The notes below the pieces were generated by a model. It ran no database searches. It saw nothing but the letters and a program-made list of their open reading frames with translations, and was not told where the DNA came from. From Anaeromyxobacteraceae bacterium (GTDB lineage Bacteria; Myxococcota; Myxococcia; Myxococcales; Anaeromyxobacteraceae), in contig JAULAX010000015.1 in NCBI GenBank assembly GCA_032654565.1, positions 928,001-992,000 of the forward strand: a stretch of 64,000 bases of DNA, read 5' to 3'. Positions 54,192-63,980 of this stretch are shown here, piece after piece; positions within the stretch are counted from its first letter, which is position 1, and each line of letters opens with the position of its first letter. A program made the translations under genes and the position numbers.

Positions 54192-55574
54192 CTACCTCAT
54201 CCGCTGGCCGAGGAAGTCGATGAGGTCGATCTTGGTGAGGATGCCGGTCACCGAGTCGCCCTCGCGGACCACCGCGACGTTGTCGTCGTTGAAGATCTCG
54301 CGCAGCTTGGAGAGCGGCGTGTCGGGGCCGACCGTGCCCTGCAGTGGCTGCACCAGCGGCTCCACCACCTCGGAGAGCCGGTGCTTGCCCTCGATGAGGA
54401 AGTTGAGCAGGTCGTACTCGTGGATCATGCCGATGACCCGCCCGCCGTCGTCGACCACCGGCATCTGCGAGATGTCGTGCTCCTTGAGCTTCTTGACCAC
54501 CACCTCGACCTTGTCGGTCCGCCTGGCGGTGATCACCGCGCCGCGCCGGGCGCCGAGCACGTCCTTGACGGTGGCGGTGGAGACCGAGGGCCCGCCGTCG
54601 GAGACCGGGAAGCCGTTGTCGCGCATCCACTCGTCGGAGAAGAACTTGGAGATGTAGCTGCGGCCGCCGTCGGGGAGCGGCACCACCACGGTCTTTCCCG
54701 CCCCCAGCTCGGCCGCCACCTGCACCGCCACGTGGACCGCGGCGCCGGAGGAGCCCCCGGCGAAGATGCCCTCCTCGCGGGCCAGCCGCCGGGCCATGGC
54801 GAAGGCCTGGGCGTCGTTCACCTGGCGCACGTCGTCGAGCACCGAGAGGTCCATGGCCCCGCACATCATGTCCTCGCCGATCCCCTCCACCTTGTAGACG
54901 TGCGGGGTGGAGAGCTTCCCGGTCTTGAACATCGAGTGGTAGACGGAGCCGACCGGGTCGGCGCCGACGCAGCGGATGGCCGGGTTCCTGGCCTTGAAGA
55001 AGCGGCCGCAGCCGCTCATGGTCCCGCCGGTGCCGACGCCGGCCACGAAGGCGTCGAAGGCCCCGCCGGTCTGCTCCCAGATCTCCGGGGCGGTGAGCTG
55101 CTGGTGGGCCTCGATGTTGTCGGGGTTGTGGTACTGGTTCAGGTAGAAGCTGTTGGGCGTCTCGGCGGCGATGCGGCGGGCCACCGAGTAGTAGCTCTCC
55201 GGCGACTCGGCCGGCACGTTGGTGGGGGTGACGATCACCTGGGCGCCGAGGGCCTTGAGCGTGTCCTGCTTCTCCTTCGACATCTTGTCCGGCATGGTGA
55301 AGATGCAGCGGTAGCCCTTGACCGCCGCGGCCAGCGCCACCCCCACCCCGGTGTTGCCGCTGGTGTTCTCGACGATGGTGCCGCCCGGCTTGAGCAGCCC
55401 GGTCCGCTCCGCCTTCTCGATGATGTGGAGGGCCATGCGGTCCTTGATGGAGCCGCCCGGGTTCAGGTACTCGAGCTTCACCAGCACCGTCGCCGACCCC
55501 GGCCCCACCACCTTGCCGAGCTTCACCAGGGGGGTCTGGCCGATCGCGGAGAGGACGTTCTCGTGGTAGGCCAT
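54192..55574 (-). CDS. Cystathionine beta-synthase with C-terminal CBS domains
   Basis: ATG 55574; IG.TPLV, NPGGSIKDR, TSGNTG, GTGGT, EGIG, PDGGRSY.SK..SDEWM; CBS pair. Confidence 0.9.
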   Translation of the reverse strand: MAYHENVLSAIGQTPLVKLGKVVGPGSATVLVKLEYLNPGGSIKDRMALHIIEKAERTGLLKPGGTIVENTSGNTGVGVALAAAVKGYRCIFTMPDKMSKEKQDTLKALGAQVIVTPTNVPAESPESYYSVARRIAAETPNSFYLNQYHNPDNIEAHQQLTAPEIWEQTGGAFDAFVAGVGTGGTMSGCGRFFKARNPAIRCVGADPVGSVYHSMFKTGKLSTPHVYKVEGIGEDMMCGAMDLSVLDDVRQVNDAQAFAMARRLAREEGIFAGGSSGAAVHVAVQVAAELGAGKTVVVPLPDGGRSYISKFFSDEWMRDNGFPVSDGGPSVSTATVKDVLGARRGAVITARRTDKVEVVVKKLKEHDISQMPVVDDGGRVIGMIHEYDLLNFLIEGKHRLSEVVEPLVQPLQGTVGPDTPLSKLREIFNDDNVAVVREGDSVTGILTKIDLIDFLGQRMR

Positions 55575-55664
55575 GGGCGTGCTCCGAGGCAGGAAGTTCG
55601 AGCCCTTATAGGCGTGGGGCCGGGGGGCGTCAAACGCGCGCCGGCCCGGTCGAGGAGGCCGAGA

Positions 55665-56708
55665 GTGAGCCAGGATCCCGCCACCGAAGAGCGCGTCCGA
55701 GGCGCGGTGGCCCGCGCCACCGGCCGGGACGCCCGGGCACTCCCGGTGAAGCGGCTGGCCGGCCACGCCTCGATGCGCAGCTACTGGCGGGTGGGGGCCG
55801 CGCCGGCCTCCTGGGTGGTGATGGTGATGCCGCCCGACGCCGGACCGGAGGAGGTCACGGTGGGCGGGCCGCCGCCGGTCGATCCCTTCGTCGACGTGCA
55901 GCGCTACCTGGCCGGCCTGGGGGTGCGGGTGCCGGCCATCCTGGCCTTCGAGGAGCCGGCCCGGCTGATGGTGCTGGAGGACCTCGGCGACGACATGCTG
56001 GAGACCCGGCTGCTGGCCGGCGACGACCGGGCCGGCCTCTACCAGCGCGCCGTCGACCAGCTGGCCCGGCTGCGGGCGGCGGCCGAGGCGCGCCCGGGGG
56101 GCTGCGTGGCCTTCTCCCGGGCCTTCGAGGCCGGCCTCTACCGCTGGGAGCTCGACCACTTCCGCGAGTGGCTGCTGGAGGCCTGGCGGGGGGCCACCCT
56201 CACGCCGGACGAGCGGGCCGAGCTGGACGGCTGGTTCGACCGGCTGGCGGCGGCGCTGGCGGCCGAGCCCCGCGGCTTCACCCACCGTGATTACCAGTCA
56301 CGCAACCTGATGGTGCTGCCCGGCGGCGAGCAGGCGGTCATCGACTTCCAGGACGCGCTGCTCGGCCCGCGCCAGTACGACCTGGTGGCCCTGCTCCGCG
56401 ACAGCTACGTGGAGCTGCCGGCCGACTTCATCGAGGCCATGCTGCGGCGTTACCTGGTCCGGCTGGAGGCCGAGGGGGGGCCGCGGCTCGAGTACCGGCC
56501 CTTCCGCGAGACCTTCGACCTGCTCACCGTGCAGCGCAAGCTCAAGGACGCCGGCCGCTTCGTCTTCATCGACCGGGTGCGCGGCAACCCCGGCTTCCTG
56601 GTCTCCATCCCCTCGTCGCTCCGCTACGTGCGCGAGGCCCTGGCGCGGCGGCCGGACCTGGCGCCGCTGCAGCGGCTGCTGGGGCGCCACGTCCCGGAGC
56701 TCATCTAG
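55665..56708 (+). CDS. Aminoglycoside phosphotransferase family, AmgK-like MurNAc/GlcNAc kinase
   Basis: GTG 55665 after GAGGAGG; LAGHAS.RSY.R, EDLGD, HRDYQSRNLM, IDFQDA..GP..YDL..LL.DSY. Confidence 0.82.
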   Translation: MSQDPATEERVRGAVARATGRDARALPVKRLAGHASMRSYWRVGAAPASWVVMVMPPDAGPEEVTVGGPPPVDPFVDVQRYLAGLGVRVPAILAFEEPARLMVLEDLGDDMLETRLLAGDDRAGLYQRAVDQLARLRAAAEARPGGCVAFSRAFEAGLYRWELDHFREWLLEAWRGATLTPDERAELDGWFDRLAAALAAEPRGFTHRDYQSRNLMVLPGGEQAVIDFQDALLGPRQYDLVALLRDSYVELPADFIEAMLRRYLVRLEAEGGPRLEYRPFRETFDLLTVQRKLKDAGRFVFIDRVRGNPGFLVSIPSSLRYVREALARRPDLAPLQRLLGRHVPELI

Positions 56709-56736
56709 GCAGGGGGCAGGTCGGCCCCCGCCGGAC

Positions 56737-58350
56737 CTACTCCGCCCCCACGCCCAGGTAGGCGCGCAGCTTCTCCGATTCGAACTTGCGGGCCGCGTCC
56801 GGCTCGGGCGAGAGCAGCGAGGCGATGATGCCGGCGGCGAAGGCGGCGGTCATCGAGAAGATGGCCGGGTTCTTCATGGGGAAGATGGCCTGCTCGAAGT
56901 GGAAGAGGTCCACCCAGACGGTCTTGGAGAGGACGATCATCCCCACCGAGGAGACGGCGCCGACCAGGATCGACCAGACCGCGCCCCAGGTGGTGAAGCG
57001 CTTCCAGACGATCGACATCAGCAGGGCGGGGAAGTTGGCGCTGGCGGCGATGGCGAAGGCCAGGCCGACCATGAAGGCGACGTTCTGCCCCTGGAAGGCG
57101 ATGCCCAGCGCCACGGCGACGATGCCGAAGATCACCGTGGCGATCTTGGCCGCCTTGACCTGCTCCTCCTCGGTGGCCCGCCCCTTCTTGATGACGCTGA
57201 CGTAGATGTCGTGCGAGTAGGCCGAGGCGCCGGCCAGGGTCAGGCCGGCCACCACCGCCAGGATGGTGGCGAAGGCCACCGCGGCGATGAAGCCGAGGAA
57301 GGCCGAGCCCCACATCACCTCGGCCAGCAGCGGCGCCGCCATGTTGCCGCCCTTGTCGAAGCCGGAGATCACCTGCTGCCCGGAGGCCAGCAGCGACCCG
57401 TCGACACCCTTCACCGAGAGCAGCACCGCGGCGCCGAAGCCGACGATGGGGATGATCACGTAGAAGTAGCCGATCAGGCCGGTGGCGTAGAGCACCGAGA
57501 CCCGGGCCGCCTTGGCGTCGGGCACGGTGTAGAAGCGCATCAGGATGTGGGGCAGGCCGAGCAGGCCGAACATCAGCGCCAGGCCGAGCGAGATGGCGTC
57601 GAGGGGCGACGTGGTGAGGTCGCCGGGGACCAGCAGGTCCTGGGTCGGGTAGAGGTCGGTGGCGGCCCGGTAGAGGGCCGGCAGGCTGAAGCCGAAGTGG
57701 GAGAGGACCAGCACCGTCAGCACCGAGACCCCGCAGAGCAGCAGCACCGCCTTGATGATCTGCACCCAGGTGGTGGCCAGCATGCCGCCGAAGAGCACGT
57801 AGAGGAGCATCACCGCGCCCACCAGCAGCTCGGCCAGCACGAAGGGCATGCCGAACATCAGCGCGATCAGCGAGCCGGAGCCGACCATCTGGGCGATGGT
57901 GTAGAAGATGGTGGTGAGGATGCCGCCCACCGCCGCGGCGATGCGGACCGGCCCCTGGCGCAGCCGGTAGGCCACCACGTCGGCGAAGGTGAACTTGCCG
58001 AGGTTGCGGAGCGGCTCGGCCACCAGGAACATCAGCGCCGGCCAGCCCATCAGCCAGCCGGTGGCGTAGATCATCCCGTCGTAGCCCTTGAGCGCCACCA
58101 TCCCGGAGATGCCGAGGAAGGAGGCCGCCGACATGTAATCGCCGGCCAGGGCGAAGCCGTTCTGCAGCGCCGAGACGCTGCGCCCGGCCGCGTAGTACTC
58201 CGACGAGGTCTTGGTCTTGCGGGCCGCCCACCAGGTGATGACCAGGGTGATGAGGACGATGAGGAAGAAGAAGCCGATGGAGGCGAAGGTGGGGTGGCCG
58301 AGCGAGGACTGGGAGGCCGGGGCGGCGGCGGAGGCGGCGGCGGGAGGCAT
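56737..58350 (-). CDS. actP: Cation/acetate symporter (sodium:solute symporter family)
   Basis: QNG.A.AGDYMSAASFLGI, AEPLRNLGKFTFAD, GLPHILMRF.TV, AVAFATILAVVAGL. Confidence 0.92.
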   Translation of the reverse strand: MPPAAASAAAPASQSSLGHPTFASIGFFFLIVLITLVITWWAARKTKTSSEYYAAGRSVSALQNGFALAGDYMSAASFLGISGMVALKGYDGMIYATGWLMGWPALMFLVAEPLRNLGKFTFADVVAYRLRQGPVRIAAAVGGILTTIFYTIAQMVGSGSLIALMFGMPFVLAELLVGAVMLLYVLFGGMLATTWVQIIKAVLLLCGVSVLTVLVLSHFGFSLPALYRAATDLYPTQDLLVPGDLTTSPLDAISLGLALMFGLLGLPHILMRFYTVPDAKAARVSVLYATGLIGYFYVIIPIVGFGAAVLLSVKGVDGSLLASGQQVISGFDKGGNMAAPLLAEVMWGSAFLGFIAAVAFATILAVVAGLTLAGASAYSHDIYVSVIKKGRATEEEQVKAAKIATVIFGIVAVALGIAFQGQNVAFMVGLAFAIAASANFPALLMSIVWKRFTTWGAVWSILVGAVSSVGMIVLSKTVWVDLFHFEQAIFPMKNPAIFSMTAAFAAGIIASLLSPEPDAARKFESEKLRAYLGVGAE

Positions 58351-58380
58351 GAGGTCGGGCTCCGGAGGGATGGGGTGGCG

Positions 58381-58722
58381 CTACCGCTTCAGCTGGGCCT
58401 TGAGCCGCTCCACCTCGGGGTCGTAGGCGCGGTTGGCCCAGACCACGTAGATGGCGGTGAGGACCCACGCGAAGACCAGGGTGCCGATGCCCAGCACCAG
58501 GCCGACGTTGGTGATGGCGTCGGGGGCGTCGGAGATCCGGCGAGCCACGATGGCCGGGCTGGTGGCCACCAGCAGGATGTAGCCGTAGTACCCGAGGAAG
58601 AGCAGGGCCAGGAGCGAGAAGCTCACCGTCCAGCGGGTCCGAACCAGCGCCCGGAAGTCCGGGGATTCGATCAGCTCGGTGGCGGTCTTGCCGCCGTCGT
58701 CGGCCCTGGCGGGGCTGCTCAT
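58381..58722 (-). CDS. DUF485 (YjcH-like) membrane protein
   Basis: F..LV..R, two TMs, YV.WAN..YD; upstream of actP; GAGGAG RBS. Confidence 0.88.
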   Translation of the reverse strand: MSSPARADDGGKTATELIESPDFRALVRTRWTVSFSLLALLFLGYYGYILLVATSPAIVARRISDAPDAITNVGLVLGIGTLVFAWVLTAIYVVWANRAYDPEVERLKAQLKR

Positions 58723-58786
58723 GGTCTCTCCTCGAGGTGGGGCGATGCGGGTTCGGCGGATCCAGATAACAGAAAGATTGCGACGC

Positions 58787-58808
58787 GCATAGCAATTGCC
58801 AATGGCAA
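58787..58808 (-). promoter_or_regulatory. Putative sigma54 promoter for DUF485-actP overlapped by palindrome TTGCCA-A-TGGCAA
   Basis: Minus strand TGGCAATTGCTATGC has GG-N10-GC spacing, about 65 nt upstream of the ATG. Confidence 0.5.
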
Positions 58809-59011
58809 ATTGAGCAGTCGCTGACGTGTATCAATCATTGCTCACCACGCCAGTCGACGATGCCGACCGACGCAACCGCTGCACGCAGGAGCTGCGGCGC
58901 GAACGCATCGCTGTCGTCGGGGTGCGCGGCTTTGTCAGCGCCGGGTGCCACCAGCGCGCAGGCCCTGGCGCTGGGCGGCGCAGGCCGGCTGGCGTAAGCT
59001 CTCGCTCCCGG

Positions 59012-60814
59012 ATGGCCTCCCTCGACCCCGTCGCCTTCCTCCGCGCCACGCCCCCCTTCGACGTCCTGCCGGCGGCGCTCTTCGACGACGCCGCCGCCTC
59101 GCTGGAGATCGGCTACGACCCGGCCGGCGCCATGCTGGTGCGCGTCGGCGCCGAGCCGCTGCAGCACCTCTACGTCATCCGCAAGGGCTCGGTCCGGCTG
59201 GAGCGCGACGGGCAGATCCTGCAGGTCCTCGAGGAGGGCGAGACCTTCGGGTACACCTCGCTGATCACCGGCAAGGCCACCCTCGACGTGCAGGTGGAGG
59301 ACGACCTGCTCGCCTACCGGCTGCCGGCGGCCCAGTTCCAGCGGCTGCTCGGCGACGCCAAGTTCGCCGGCCACTTCGCGGTGGGGCTGTCGCAGCGGCT
59401 CAAGAGCAGCCTCGAGCACTCCCCGGTCACCACCTTCAAGGCCGACCTGCAGCTGGAGGTGGCGGCCCTGCTCCGCCGCCCGGCCAGCTGGGTGGAGGCC
59501 GACGCCACGGTGGGCGAGGCGGCGCGGGTGATGCGCGACCGGCGCATCTCCTCGGTGCTGGTGCGCGGGGACCCGCCCGGCATCGTCACCGACCGCGACT
59601 TCCGCAACCGGGTGCTGGCCGAGGGGCTGGGGCCGGCCACCCCGGTGAGCGCCATCGTCTCCCGCCCGCTGCGCGCCGTGGACGCCGCCACCCCGGTCTC
59701 GGCCGCCTGGACCACGCTGCTCGACACCGGCAGCCACCACCTGCCCATCCGGCGCGGCGAAGAGATCATCGGGGTCCTCACCTCCACCGACCTCCTCAAG
59801 GTCCACGCCCCGGGGCCCATGGCGGTGCTGCGCCGGGTGGAGCGGCTGGCCGACCGGTCCGGCCTGCCCGGCTACGCCGCCATGGTGACCGAGATGGTGT
59901 CGGCGCTGCTGGCCGGCGGGCTGGAGGCCGACCTGATGGCCGGGTACGTGGCCCGGCTCGACGACGCCCTGCTGCGCCGCCTGCTGGCCTTCGCCGAGGC
60001 CGACCTGGGCCCGCCGCCCGCGCCCTACGCCTGGGTGGTGATGGGCTCGGAGGGTCGGATGGAGCAGACCCTGCTCACCGACCAGGACAACGCCCTGGTC
60101 TTCGACGACGAGGGCGAGCCGCAGCGGGCCTGGTACCAGGCGCTGGCGGAGCGGGTCAACGCCGACCTCGAGGCGGCCGGCTTCCCGCCCTGCCAGGGCG
60201 GCTACATGGCCCGCCACTGGCTGGGGACGGTCTCCGACTGGGTGCAGCGCTTCGCCGGCTGGTTCGAGGCCCGCACACCGCAGGAGCTGCTGGTGGCCTC
60301 CACCTTCTTCGACTTCCGCAGCGTCGGCGGCGCGCTCGACCTCGAGCCGCTGGAGGCGGCGCTGCGCGGCACCGCCCAGCACCCGGTCTTCCTGCGCTAC
60401 CTGGCCCGCGCCGCCCTCGACCTGCGCCCCCCCAGCTCGCTGCTGCTGCGGCTGCGCGAGTCGACCGAGCTCGACCTGAAGATGCAGGGGCTGGCCCCCA
60501 TCGTGCTGCTGGCCCGCTGCTACGCCCTGGAGATCGGCTCGCCGGAGCGGAACACCCACGCCCGGCTGGCGGCGGCGGTGAAGGCGGGCCTGATGAGCCC
60601 GGAGGTCTTCAACGTGGTGGGCGAGGCCTACAAGTTCCTGCTCGGCCTGCGGCTGCGGCGCCAGCTCAAGCTGGTCGCGGCCGGCAAGGCAGCCATCAAC
60701 AGGGTGGCCCTCAGCGACCTCACCGCCCTGGAGCGCAGCCGCCTCAAGGACGCCTTCCGGGCCATCAAGGGCTGGCAGGACATGGCCGCCTACCACTACC
60801 AGGCCTCCTTCTGA
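59012..60814 (+). CDS. cNMP-binding/CBS/DUF294 putative nucleotidyltransferase
   Basis: ATG 59012; FL...PPF, GIVTDRD.R CBS pair, MGSEGR.EQ...TDQDNAL, FFDFR, DLK..G..PIV. Confidence 0.9.
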   Translation: MASLDPVAFLRATPPFDVLPAALFDDAAASLEIGYDPAGAMLVRVGAEPLQHLYVIRKGSVRLERDGQILQVLEEGETFGYTSLITGKATLDVQVEDDLLAYRLPAAQFQRLLGDAKFAGHFAVGLSQRLKSSLEHSPVTTFKADLQLEVAALLRRPASWVEADATVGEAARVMRDRRISSVLVRGDPPGIVTDRDFRNRVLAEGLGPATPVSAIVSRPLRAVDAATPVSAAWTTLLDTGSHHLPIRRGEEIIGVLTSTDLLKVHAPGPMAVLRRVERLADRSGLPGYAAMVTEMVSALLAGGLEADLMAGYVARLDDALLRRLLAFAEADLGPPPAPYAWVVMGSEGRMEQTLLTDQDNALVFDDEGEPQRAWYQALAERVNADLEAAGFPPCQGGYMARHWLGTVSDWVQRFAGWFEARTPQELLVASTFFDFRSVGGALDLEPLEAALRGTAQHPVFLRYLARAALDLRPPSSLLLRLRESTELDLKMQGLAPIVLLARCYALEIGSPERNTHARLAAAVKAGLMSPEVFNVVGEAYKFLLGLRLRRQLKLVAAGKAAINRVALSDLTALERSRLKDAFRAIKGWQDMAAYHYQASF

Positions 60815-60851
60815 CCGGCGCCGCCGGGCCGGCCGCGGAGTAGGATGAGTC

Positions 60852-61451
60852 GTGCTCTTCTCGTCGCCCGCCTGGGACTCGGTCACCTACTGGTCACTCG
60901 ACATCGAGACCGGGGGGCTCGACCCCAGGCGCGATCCCATCATCGCGCTCGGCATGCTCCCCATCCGCGCCGGCATCATCCGGCTCGGCGAGGCCTACCG
61001 GACGCTGGTGCGCCCCGAGGCCGGGCGGGAGATCAGGCCGGAGTCGGTGCCGGCCCACCAGCTGGTGCTCGGCGAGGTGCGTGACGCCACGCCGCTGCCG
61101 GAGGTGCTGGCCGAGGTGGACCGGCGGGTGCGCCAGGGGGCGCTGCTGGTGCACCACCAGGGGATCGACGTGGCCTTCCTGAAGCGGGCCTTCGCCCGCC
61201 ACCGGCTGCGCTGGCCGGCGCCGCCGGTGGTGGACACCGTCGAGCTGCTCCTCAAGCTGAACCGGCGCAGGCGCTTCACCGACCCGGCCCCGTCGGGCGA
61301 CGGACCCAGCGTCAACCTGGGCGAGGCCCGGCGCCGGCTCGGCCTCCCCGACTACCAGGCCCACGAGGCCCTGACCGACGCCATCGCCACCGCCGAGCTC
61401 TTCCTCTGCCTGCGCGCGGCGCTCAACGCCCGCACCCTCCGCCAGCTCTGA
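60852..61451 (+). CDS. DEDDh 3'-5' exonuclease (DnaQ-like)
   Basis: LDIETGG, HH..ID..FL, DT, H.AL.DA.ATAELF. Confidence 0.88.
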   Translation: MLFSSPAWDSVTYWSLDIETGGLDPRRDPIIALGMLPIRAGIIRLGEAYRTLVRPEAGREIRPESVPAHQLVLGEVRDATPLPEVLAEVDRRVRQGALLVHHQGIDVAFLKRAFARHRLRWPAPPVVDTVELLLKLNRRRRFTDPAPSGDGPSVNLGEARRRLGLPDYQAHEALTDAIATAELFLCLRAALNARTLRQL

Positions 61452-61467
61452 CCCCGGTGAACCGACC

Positions 61468-62211
61468 GTGAAGCTCGCCCTCTTCGCCGACATCCACGCC
61501 AACCTCGAGGCCCTCGAGGCCTGCCTGGCGCACGCCGGCGAGCAGGGGGCGGAGGAGGTGGCCTTCCTCGGGGACCTGGTCGGCTACGGCGCCGATCCGG
61601 GAGCGGTGCTGGAGCGGATCCGGGCCCGGGCGGCGGGCGGGGCGGTGGTGGTCCGCGGCAACCACGACGCCGCGGTGGCGGCGGCGGGCGGCGACACCAT
61701 GAACCGCAGCGCCGAGGCGGCGGTGGACTGGACCCGGCGCCAGCTCGACGAGGGGCAGCTGGCCTTCCTGGCCGGGCTGCCGCTGCTGGTCCGGCGCCAC
61801 GACGCCTGCTTCGTCCACGCCAGCGCCGACCGGCCCGCCGACTGGACCTACGTCCAGGACGCGCTCCGGGCCGCCCAGAGCCTGGCGGTGGCCGGCGCCA
61901 CCTGGGTCTTCTCCGGCCACGTCCACCAGCAGGCGCTCTACCACCTCACCCCGGCCGGCTACGCCAAGCCCTTCAAGCCGCTGCCCGGCGTGGTCATCCC
62001 GGTCTCGGCCCGCCGCCCCTGGCTGGCCGTGGTCGGCTCGGTGGGCCAGCCGCGCGACGGCAACACCGCCGCCTGCTACGCCCTCTTCGACACGACGCGG
62101 GCCACCCTGACCTTCCACCGGGTGCCCTACGACTGGCCGGCGGCGGCCGCCAAGATCCGGGCCGCCGGCCTGCCCGAGTCGCTGGCGCTCCGGCTGGAGC
62201 GGGGGGAGTGA
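61468..62211 (+). CDS. Calcineurin-like metallophosphoesterase
   Basis: DIHAN, GDLVGYG, GNHD, HAS, GHVH, GSVGQPRDG. Confidence 0.9.
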   Translation: MKLALFADIHANLEALEACLAHAGEQGAEEVAFLGDLVGYGADPGAVLERIRARAAGGAVVVRGNHDAAVAAAGGDTMNRSAEAAVDWTRRQLDEGQLAFLAGLPLLVRRHDACFVHASADRPADWTYVQDALRAAQSLAVAGATWVFSGHVHQQALYHLTPAGYAKPFKPLPGVVIPVSARRPWLAVVGSVGQPRDGNTAACYALFDTTRATLTFHRVPYDWPAAAAKIRAAGLPESLALRLERGE

Positions 62212-62215
62212 GCCG

Positions 62216-63631
62216 GTGAACTCGCACCTCCAGACCGGCGACGTGGTCGACGGCTTCAGGCTGGGCGAGCAGCTCCACGGCGGGGGGATGGGGCGCATCT
62301 TCCGGGCCACGCCGCCGCCCGGGGAGGCCGGGCCCAACTTCCCGCTGGTCATCAAGCTGCCGCGGCTCGGCCCCGGGGAGCCCTCGGAGACGGTGGTCAC
62401 CTACGAGATGGAGGCCATGGTCCACGCCGCCCTCTCCGGCCCGCACGTCCCCCGCCTGGTGGCCACGGGCGACCTGGCGGTCCAGCCCTACCTGGTGATG
62501 GAGTTCGTGGAGGGGCGCTCGCTCAAGGACTGGGTCGGCCGCGGTCCGGTCGACCCGGGCGAGGTGGCGCGGCTGGGGGCGGCGCTGGCCCGGGCCATCC
62601 ACGCGCTCCACCAGCAGGAGGTGGTGCACCTCGACGTCAAGCCGGCCAACGTCATCATCCGCCCGGACGGCGAGGCGGTGCTCGTCGACTTCGGGCTGGC
62701 CCACCACGCCCACTTCCCCGACCTGCTCACCGAGGAGTTCCGCCACCCCATGGGCTCGGGGCCCTACATCTCGCCGGAGCAGGTGCTGGGGGTGCGCCAC
62801 GATCCCCGCAGTGACCTCTTCGCGCTCGGCGTCGTCCTCTACCAGCTGGTCACCGGCCACTACCCCTTCGGCTCCCCCCACACCCAGCGCGGCCTGCGGA
62901 CCCGGCTCTGGCAGGTGCCGCTGGCGCCGCGCCGGCTGGTGCCCGGCTGCCCGCCGTGGCTGCAGGAGGTGATCCTGGGCTGCCTCGAGCCCCAGGGCGC
63001 CGATCGCCATCCCTCGGCGGCGCAGGTGGCCATCGACCTGGCCCACCCCGACCAGGTGACGGTGGGGGAGCGGGGGCGGCGGCTGCTCCAGCCGGCCCTC
63101 TGGGCGCTGGCGAAGCGCTGGGTGATGGCGGCCGGCTACGAGCCCTCGCCGCTGGAGCGCCCCAGCCAGCAGCTGGCCACCGCCTCGATCGTGCTGGCGG
63201 CGGTGCCCACGCTGCACAAGAACGAGCGGCGCTTCCAGGCGCTGCGCGAGGTGGTGCAGCGGCTGCTGGCCAGCGACCCCGACCGCAGGCTCACCTGCGT
63301 CTCGGTCATCCCCCCGGTCTCGGGGCTGGCCGGCGGCAAGGAGGAGGAGGCCGGCACCTCGCAGCGCATCGAGCACCTGGTCCGGCTGCGCCACTGGGCC
63401 GAACCGCTGGGGCTGCCGGCGGCGCGGATCAGCTACCACGTCATCGAGGGTGGGGATCCGGCCGCGGCCCTGCTCGACTACGCCCGCTTCAACCAGGTGG
63501 ACCACCTGGTGATCGGCGCGCCGCCGGCCGAGGTGACGCTGAAGGCCGGCTTCATCTCCACGCGGGTGGCCGCCGAGGCCCCCTGCACGGTGACGGTGGT
63601 GCGGGTCCGCGCCGGCCCCCGGGATGGCTAG
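62216..63631 (+). CDS. Ser/Thr protein kinase fused to C-terminal universal stress protein domain
   Basis: HGGGMG, IK.P, HLDVKPAN, DFGLA, YISPEQ; C-terminal DPA.ALL.YA....D..VIGA...APCTVTVVR. Confidence 0.88.
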   Translation: MNSHLQTGDVVDGFRLGEQLHGGGMGRIFRATPPPGEAGPNFPLVIKLPRLGPGEPSETVVTYEMEAMVHAALSGPHVPRLVATGDLAVQPYLVMEFVEGRSLKDWVGRGPVDPGEVARLGAALARAIHALHQQEVVHLDVKPANVIIRPDGEAVLVDFGLAHHAHFPDLLTEEFRHPMGSGPYISPEQVLGVRHDPRSDLFALGVVLYQLVTGHYPFGSPHTQRGLRTRLWQVPLAPRRLVPGCPPWLQEVILGCLEPQGADRHPSAAQVAIDLAHPDQVTVGERGRRLLQPALWALAKRWVMAAGYEPSPLERPSQQLATASIVLAAVPTLHKNERRFQALREVVQRLLASDPDRRLTCVSVIPPVSGLAGGKEEEAGTSQRIEHLVRLRHWAEPLGLPAARISYHVIEGGDPAAALLDYARFNQVDHLVIGAPPAEVTLKAGFISTRVAAEAPCTVTVVRVRAGPRDG

Positions 63632-63717
63632 GTCGAAGCCCGCCTGCAGAAAGGCGCACCCCGCGACCGGATCGGTGCGGAATGCGCTCCTGGTGCTGCG
63701 GGGCTGGCGCCGGGCGA

Positions 63718-63909
63718 CTACCCCTTGCGGTTCATGAACTTGAGCATCAGCCAGATGACCACGCCCATGGCCGAGACGCCGCCGAGCAGGTAGAGCAGCG
63801 GCCCGATCCCCTGCATGTCGCCCATCCCCTCGGGCCCCTCGGAGGCGACGGCCACGGTGGCCAGGGTGGAGCAGACGACGGCGGCGGCGGTGCGGACGGA
63901 CAGCTTCAT
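63718..63909 (-). CDS. Small exported/membrane protein (63 aa)
   Basis: ATG 63909 after GAGGAG; signal-like N-terminus ending AVA, one TM, basic tail. Confidence 0.6.
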   Translation of the reverse strand: MKLSVRTAAAVVCSTLATVAVASEGPEGMGDMQGIGPLLYLLGGVSAMGVVIWLMLKFMNRKG

Positions 63910-63980
63910 GGAGAGGCTCCTCGCGGATGCGGGCCTCATCGCTCGTGCGGTGCGGCCGGGTTGGGTGCGGCAATCTAGCA

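Noticed and set aside
52976..55574. Cystathionine beta-synthase + gamma-lyase pair as a novelty
   Set aside because: Known reverse-transsulfuration gene pair
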